This document shows positions 34,659 to 39,278 of a stretch of 39,278 bases of DNA, piece by piece. The stretch spans positions 1-39,278 of IMG/VR virus record IMGVR_UViG_2524614843_000001; one strand, given 5' to 3'. The DNA is from a virus (taxonomy: Duplodnaviria > Heunggongvirae > Uroviricota > Caudoviricetes). The position numbers and the translations under genes are program-made. The first letter of the stretch is position 1, and each line of letters opens with the position of its first letter. Under the pieces are notes generated by a model. It saw nothing but the letters and a program-made list of their open reading frames with translations. It was not told the origin of the DNA and ran no database searches.

Positions 34659-34682
34659 ATGGGGAGCGCTGCAACTCCCCAT
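34659..34682 (-). terminator. GC-rich hairpin after the tail tube gene (partial terminator or mRNA stabiliser)
   Basis: ATGGGGAG-8 nt-CTCCCCAT; poor U-tract. Confidence 0.5.
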
Positions 34683-34699
34683 AAGTTACCTATGACTTA
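34682..34699. promoter_or_regulatory. Dyad site O14
   Basis: Minus strand TAAGTCA-tagg-TAACTTA, 1 nt after the tail tube stop. Confidence 0.85.
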
Positions 34700-34700
34700 A

Positions 34701-35525
34701 TTAAGCAGCGTCACCGAATGAAAACAGCAGTTTTGTAGAAGGGTGCGCATACGCCTTAAATTCGACGTTAAACACGCGCTCTTCTTCCAGCTTGTAGGCA
34801 AACTGCAGACCACCACCAGTACCGGCCAGAGGAATCACGAAATCCTCTGACTTGTCGCCCAGCGGCTTACCAACCGGATGCAGACGCAGCTCGCGCGCCA
34901 TAGAAAGCAGGTCAGAACCCACACCAGAGGTCACATCCACACGGAAGCGGTCAATGGTGTTGGCTGTTACGGCTGGATTTGCAGAGGCAAAGCCGGCGCC
35001 AGAAGTGCTGACGATGAAAGAGCTGTTGTTGTCTTTACCGGTCAAGCGAATGGTTGCGGCCGTGTTGGTGCTCGCATTCGCAGTAGTCGAAGCCGAGGCA
35101 TAGCCGGAATCGTTCGCGTTGATCAGTGCGACAAGAGCCAGAGCGACTTCACCCTGAGTTGGCGAGCTGTCACTTGTGGTTTCGTACTTGATGCCATCGA
35201 TGGTCACGGCGTACTTGGTGTTTGCAGCCACAGTGCTGATCACTACGTCAGAAGTGGCCGGAGTACCTGGCGTACCAACCTTGTTCGCACCAGGCATTAC
35301 GCGAACCAAGTTGTCGATGGTCGTTTCGGCCAGCGGCACTTTCACGGAGCACTGGCGACCGGTTACAAGCTGGTTGATCGGGGTTTTACCAAACTGGTCG
35401 ATGTTTACGTCGTAGGTCTCGGTTGAAACCGACACCTCTACACCGCCCTTGGTATAGCCAAGATCAACACCGTCAAAGAAGATCTGGCAGACGCCGATCT
35501 TCACGTTTCGAGTATTGGAAGGCAT
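34701..35525 (-). CDS. Major tail tube protein with an internal insertion domain
   Basis: VKIGVCQIFFDGVDLGYTKGGVEV...DQFG...VPLAET and LRLHP...F.YK..EER.FNVEFKAY siphophage tube pattern; AGGAG RBS. Confidence 0.88.
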   Translation of the reverse strand: MPSNTRNVKIGVCQIFFDGVDLGYTKGGVEVSVSTETYDVNIDQFGKTPINQLVTGRQCSVKVPLAETTIDNLVRVMPGANKVGTPGTPATSDVVISTVAANTKYAVTIDGIKYETTSDSSPTQGEVALALVALINANDSGYASASTTANASTNTAATIRLTGKDNNSSFIVSTSGAGFASANPAVTANTIDRFRVDVTSGVGSDLLSMARELRLHPVGKPLGDKSEDFVIPLAGTGGGLQFAYKLEEERVFNVEFKAYAHPSTKLLFSFGDAA

Positions 35526-35543
35526 GTGATTATCTCCTAAATG

Positions 35544-35561
35544 TATGTCATCGCTGACTTA
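35544..35561. promoter_or_regulatory. Dyad site O15
   Basis: Minus strand TAAGTCA-gcga-TGACATA, directly after the TGA stop and upstream of the tube RBS. Confidence 0.85.
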
Positions 35562-35960
35562 TCAAAGGGTAACATAATTAGCGCGCATATTCACCAGAAC
35601 CTCGACGTTACCCCCAGGGCTTTGAGGGTATGCGTGCGGCTCATGGAGCGGTATGCACAGGTTAAGTTGATGCCCTGGTATTTGCGAAGGCATCATTGTT
35701 GAGAGGTAATTGGCCACCTCAAAACCCAATTCACGACTGCGCTGATAGCTTTTCGACCGGACAATCACCTGAAACTCAATGTCGCGCAGATCGGGAAGTT
35801 CGGCGTTAATTTTCACCGGCATCAAATTCCGGAGCATCACCGCCTCCGTCACTGTGGATGGCATTGAAAAGACGAAAAAGGGAACTGAGCTGATCTGTCC
35901 CGATCTGCCAGCCAACTCAAGCATGTCCCGCAATGTCGAAATGAAATCACTCTTTTTCAT
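35562..35960 (-). CDS. Tail terminator / tail completion protein
   Basis: FQVIVRSKSY motif; position just before the tube gene. Confidence 0.7.
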   Translation of the reverse strand: MKKSDFISTLRDMLELAGRSGQISSVPFFVFSMPSTVTEAVMLRNLMPVKINAELPDLRDIEFQVIVRSKSYQRSRELGFEVANYLSTMMPSQIPGHQLNLCIPLHEPHAYPQSPGGNVEVLVNMRANYVTL

Positions 35961-36472
35961 CAGAGAACCTCTTTAACCGCGTTGTAAATGCTGGCGCTTA
36001 CTGCTTTTGCGCGCTCTTCGCCGGCTCTCTCCAGAAACTTCGGACCGACTACGCCACGCCCTGCATCTTTCGCCTGAGAGAGCTCACCTAGCTCGTAAGA
36101 AGCCCTAATCGACCCGTCTTTGCCGCGAGAGAAGCCTTCATGGATGAAGTAGAGATATTCGCCAACCGCCTTGCCGTCCTCTACGTGCTGCTCGTCCACA
36201 TACACAAAGAACCGCTTACGCCGGTTGATGCCGCCCTGATCTTCGGCGATCTTGATGGCGTTCTCTAGCCGGCCCGTATCCACTGGTGCATAGTCAATCG
36301 CCAGCTCCCGCATCCTTTCTGCTTCAAGGCGCATCCGGTCAACAGCGTGCTTCATGACCCGCTTACCCACCTGCTCAATGGCAGCGGTTACGAGCGATTC
36401 GACCGGAAGCTTGCTGCTGCCCTGCACCCAGCCATTCATGCCCAGCAGGTTTGCAGAGATTTTGATACTCAT
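35960..36472 (-). CDS. HK97 gp10-like neck / tail-completion protein
   Basis: APVDTGRLENAI, Y..FIHEG and PKFLERA motifs. Confidence 0.85.
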   Translation of the reverse strand: MSIKISANLLGMNGWVQGSSKLPVESLVTAAIEQVGKRVMKHAVDRMRLEAERMRELAIDYAPVDTGRLENAIKIAEDQGGINRRKRFFVYVDEQHVEDGKAVGEYLYFIHEGFSRGKDGSIRASYELGELSQAKDAGRGVVGPKFLERAGEERAKAVSASIYNAVKEVL

Positions 36473-36807
36473 GTGGCCCGCTCCAACTCGACCTGCAGAT
36501 GATCAATGCCGCCGTAGAGCTTAGGGCGCGGAAATACGCCAACTACTCGCAAGCGTTGATTCATGATCTTCACCGTGTCGTTGTGCTCGATCTTGGTCTC
36601 TGGCGGAAAAAGCAAGCGCACATCGGCGGTTGCTTCTTCTGCTGAGCCCCGAGAAGCCGAGCTGTCAGTCCGGACGTAGGTTTTGTCGATGTTCAGGTTC
36701 ATCGTCACGATATGGCACTTGGCAAAGTGACGGCTCAGTTCAGTCTCTTGGCCGTAGTTGTCGTACCCCGTTTTGACGATTTCAACTGTGCAAGTCGGCT
36801 TTCTCAT
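36469..36807 (-). CDS. Head closure / head-tail adaptor (start revised to 36807)
   Basis: YDNYGQ N-terminus, beta-rich, ~112 aa, synteny; ATGA overlaps. Confidence 0.7.
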   Translation of the reverse strand: MRKPTCTVEIVKTGYDNYGQETELSRHFAKCHIVTMNLNIDKTYVRTDSSASRGSAEEATADVRLLFPPETKIEHNDTVKIMNQRLRVVGVFPRPKLYGGIDHLQVELERAT

Positions 36808-37325
36808 TTGGCCACCCCGATAAACTGCCAACTGCTCTGAGGGTGGAAATACTCATCAGCCACAGCTAAAAGCTCATTGCCGGAAGGTTGAACGGTGAGT
36901 CGCTCCATGCGCAAATTGCCAAACTCAAGCGGCTGACCTTCGTTTTCTACCAGCTGATTTGCCAGATTGATGCGTACTGCATACCAGCGCGCGGCCAGAT
37001 ACACGTAATCAGACGCTTTGACCATCCGATTGCCGGCGTTGAGCAGCTTGATCGAATCAAGTGGGTTCACACCTGCCGTTAGCTTGGCCTTCTCGGCTTT
37101 GCGCATGACGGGAACGATGTAGCTCTCGATAAAATCCACCACATCGGCCATGACCGGCGACTGAAACGATGCCGGAGAGGTGGCCATATTCAGCGCCATG
37201 CGACGAATGCTCTGTAAATGAGCCTGTCGTGGTTGAATAGGCTTGCCTGCAACTGCCACGCCGGCTGCAAATGAGGAAACCGAGCTCAGCACAAGCGCCG
37301 CAAAGCTATCCTGATGGCTGATCAT
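36804..37325 (-). CDS. Hypothetical protein in the head-tail module (start revised to 37325)
   Basis: ATGA coupling at both ends. Confidence 0.7.
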   Translation of the reverse strand: MISHQDSFAALVLSSVSSFAAGVAVAGKPIQPRQAHLQSIRRMALNMATSPASFQSPVMADVVDFIESYIVPVMRKAEKAKLTAGVNPLDSIKLLNAGNRMVKASDYVYLAARWYAVRINLANQLVENEGQPLEFGNLRMERLTVQPSGNELLAVADEYFHPQSSWQFIGVAK

Positions 37326-38116
37326 CGCTCGTACCCCACACGGAAAGTCACAAATCGACCCAATGCTTCCACCGCGCGACGGCAAACTGGCAAGCGCAGC
37401 GGCACGCTCATTCGGAACATCTGCGAGGTCTCCCCTACCGTGCTCGACATGAGGCCGTCATTGCGGTCTTGCTCCAGGTCATTGCCGCCCAGCAGGTAGT
37501 CGGCCTGAATGAGCTGGCACAGCTGCAGGGCCGCTTTAAATTCCGGCTGCGCGTCGAACTCGGCGAGGGTCATGGTTTCCAGATTCACACGCACCTCGTC
37601 TCGGGCGTACTCATCCAGAACACTCATCGCATCCACTGTCAGACACCGCCCGCGAACAATGCGCAAATTGAGCTTCTTGATCTGTCCATAGGATTCGATC
37701 AGGGCAGCGCGTTGCTGTGCATCAGAAGCGTTTTCCCAGCCCGAAAGACGCGCTAATCCGGACGCGAGCAGGATTGCTTCGTCATGGGTTAATGCAGACT
37801 GTGCTGGCACGACAAAAGGCACATTCGACTCGATCAGGTAGGTCTGACTAACCTGCGCTTTGCCTTCTGGATGCTCGACGGTGAAGATCACTCGGCGCAG
37901 TGCGCGCATCGAGCTGGTCAAGTTGATACTCAGCGGAATATTGGCGATCAGATGCCCGTTAATGTTTTGCGCACTGGTGTCGCCCATCAGAATGTTGCCG
38001 CGCTCATCTTTGACGATGAATGTGGTTTGGTAGCCCGAGAGCTCGAGACGCTCAATCAACGCCAGATCTAGGTCGAGCGTGACCGGCGTGCCGCTTGAGA
38101 AACGCTTCTGCGACAT
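37322..38116 (-). CDS. Head-tail connector/adaptor-like protein
   Basis: C-terminal helical domain W..AS..QQRAALI...QADYLLG...STVGETS, typical of adaptor proteins; GGAGG RBS. Confidence 0.65.
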   Translation of the reverse strand: MSQKRFSSGTPVTLDLDLALIERLELSGYQTTFIVKDERGNILMGDTSAQNINGHLIANIPLSINLTSSMRALRRVIFTVEHPEGKAQVSQTYLIESNVPFVVPAQSALTHDEAILLASGLARLSGWENASDAQQRAALIESYGQIKKLNLRIVRGRCLTVDAMSVLDEYARDEVRVNLETMTLAEFDAQPEFKAALQLCQLIQADYLLGGNDLEQDRNDGLMSSTVGETSQMFRMSVPLRLPVCRRAVEALGRFVTFRVGYER

Positions 38117-38126
38117 GCCGGCCTCC

Positions 38127-38582
38127 TTATTTCTGAGCCGCGAGGATGTTTTCGATCAGCTCGGCAATCGATTTGCCACCTTGGGCGCCCACTTCGCGCG
38201 CCACTTCGCGCAAGCCTTTGATGCCTTCCTTGTCCGCGATTTCACCCAGCGATTCCGCGCTATATGCGTTCGCTTTTGATTGAACGGCTTCCGGCTGCTG
38301 CACAACTTGCTCTTCAACCGGTGCGCGCTCCTGAATTGCAAAGAACTCAGCGGTTGCGACCGACACTTCATGCTGTGACTGCATCACAATGGCCTGATCA
38401 ATGTTTTCTGCACCTTCTGGAAGCACAAATTCACCACCGAAATTGCTGGCGATGCGCTTTGCAACTCGCGGCAAAATTGGCTCAGATAGACCGTCCACGA
38501 ATTTGACGCTGGCAATTTCCGATTCGCCTGGGTATTGCTCGGGATTCAGCTGGATGCGAACTAGGTGTTTGAGTTGTTCCAT
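38127..38582 (-). CDS. Hypothetical protein with C-terminal small helical (Rho-N/HeH-like) domain
   Basis: IADKEGIKGLREVAREVG...KSIAELIENIL; GAGGT RBS; directly after the capsid gene. Confidence 0.7.
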   Translation of the reverse strand: MEQLKHLVRIQLNPEQYPGESEIASVKFVDGLSEPILPRVAKRIASNFGGEFVLPEGAENIDQAIVMQSQHEVSVATAEFFAIQERAPVEEQVVQQPEAVQSKANAYSAESLGEIADKEGIKGLREVAREVGAQGGKSIAELIENILAAQK

Positions 38583-38618
38583 TTGAGTTACCTCATGCTT
38601 TATCTTCTGGATACGAAT

Positions 38619-38640
38619 AGGGGCGAGTTGCCCCGCCCCT
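38619..38640 (-). terminator. GC-rich hairpin after the major capsid gene
   Basis: AGGGGCG-8 nt-CGCCCCT; weak U-tract. Confidence 0.55.
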
Positions 38641-38645
38641 TATGC

Positions 38646-38663
38646 TAAGTCATTTATGACTTA
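38646..38663. promoter_or_regulatory. Dyad site O16
   Basis: Perfect TAAGTCA-N4-TGACTTA between the capsid stop and the hairpin. Confidence 0.9.
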
Positions 38664-38677
38664 CTAACTAACGCGAA

Positions 38678-39278
38678 TTAGTTAGATACGCCGTACAGAC
38701 GAGCCAGAGACTTAGTAGATTTCAGCGCCAAGTTGCAGTACCACTTCAAGCGGGTGCGAGTCGCATCCTTGTTTTGAACGGTACCAATGTCCTCAACGGT
38801 GAAGCCGGCAGCCTCAGAGCCACCATATACACCGAACAGGCCATCTGCTTCATTCAGGCGCATTGCGTACACTGAACGGAACGAACCACCGGTCAACGCA
38901 GTACCGCCCACGTTTTCAGTGGTTGGCATGAAGTCGTTGATGATGATTGGCACGCCATTGTGCGCAGGCAGAGCCAAACCGAAGTTTGGAATCATGATTT
39001 GCGCAGCGTCGGTACCGTTCTGAGCACGGCACAGAGCGCGGTAATAGCGCAGAGTTGAGCTGTGCATCATGATGGCGTCAGCACCGTTTGGTACGCGATC
39101 AACCAGGTCATCCAGCATTGAGAAGGTTAGGTTGTTGGTTGGGCCAGCGCCGGCAGCAATCGATTGCTGAGCAGTAACCAGCTTCCACAGACCATCGAAC
39201 TCTTTAGAGTTCGCCGCAGAGTCACCCTGCACCAGAGTACGACGGAAGCGACGACCCATACCCTTCGCCTTCATGGCG
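38678..39278 (-). CDS. Major capsid protein (HK97 fold), 3' part; start lies beyond the window
   Basis: GDSAANSKEFDGL, LDDLVD...DAIMM, GVPIIINDF and RTRLKWYC.LA.....LARL.GV motifs; synteny with the head-tail genes. Confidence 0.88.
   Translation of the reverse strand, partial: AMKAKGMGRRFRRTLVQGDSAANSKEFDGLWKLVTAQQSIAAGAGPTNNLTFSMLDDLVDRVPNGADAIMMHSSTLRYYRALCRAQNGTDAAQIMIPNFGLALPAHNGVPIIINDFMPTTENVGGTALTGGSFRSVYAMRLNEADGLFGVYGGSEAAGFTVEDIGTVQNKDATRTRLKWYCNLALKSTKSLARLYGVSN

Overview
A 39.3-kb segment of a temperate siphovirus-type phage-plasmid whose gene set resembles the SSU5/pHCM2 group, as judged from recalled gene content without a database search. The host is probably a proteobacterium. 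The left ~6 kb holds a partial CobT-like gene, a divergent HTH repressor-like gene, a tyrosine recombinase, a type Ib parA-adaptor pair, a TrfA (IncP-1/RK2)-family Rep and a 13-copy iteron array. From 6 to 12.6 kb (minus strand) are an ATP-dependent DNA ligase, a primase, a DnaB-like helicase and PhoH. From 12.7 to 39.3 kb (all minus strand) is the late region: lysis genes, tail fibre and adhesin, lambda-like M/L/K/J tail tip, tape measure, chaperones with a -1 frameshift site, tail tube, head-tail joining genes and the major capsid 3' end. Four observations stand out. (1) A translationally coupled hypothetical / GT2 / SelO(MchC/MceJ)-like pseudokinase / PgaC-like processive GT2 cassette is fused directly behind the tail-fibre adhesin. 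(2) An 18-bp dyad TAAGTCA-N4-TGACTTA occurs 16 times, almost always at gene junctions, promoters or ribosome-binding sites. (3) Two near-perfect Rep iterons are encoded inside the primase gene. (4) A single-base frameshift splits a conserved-looking tail gene.
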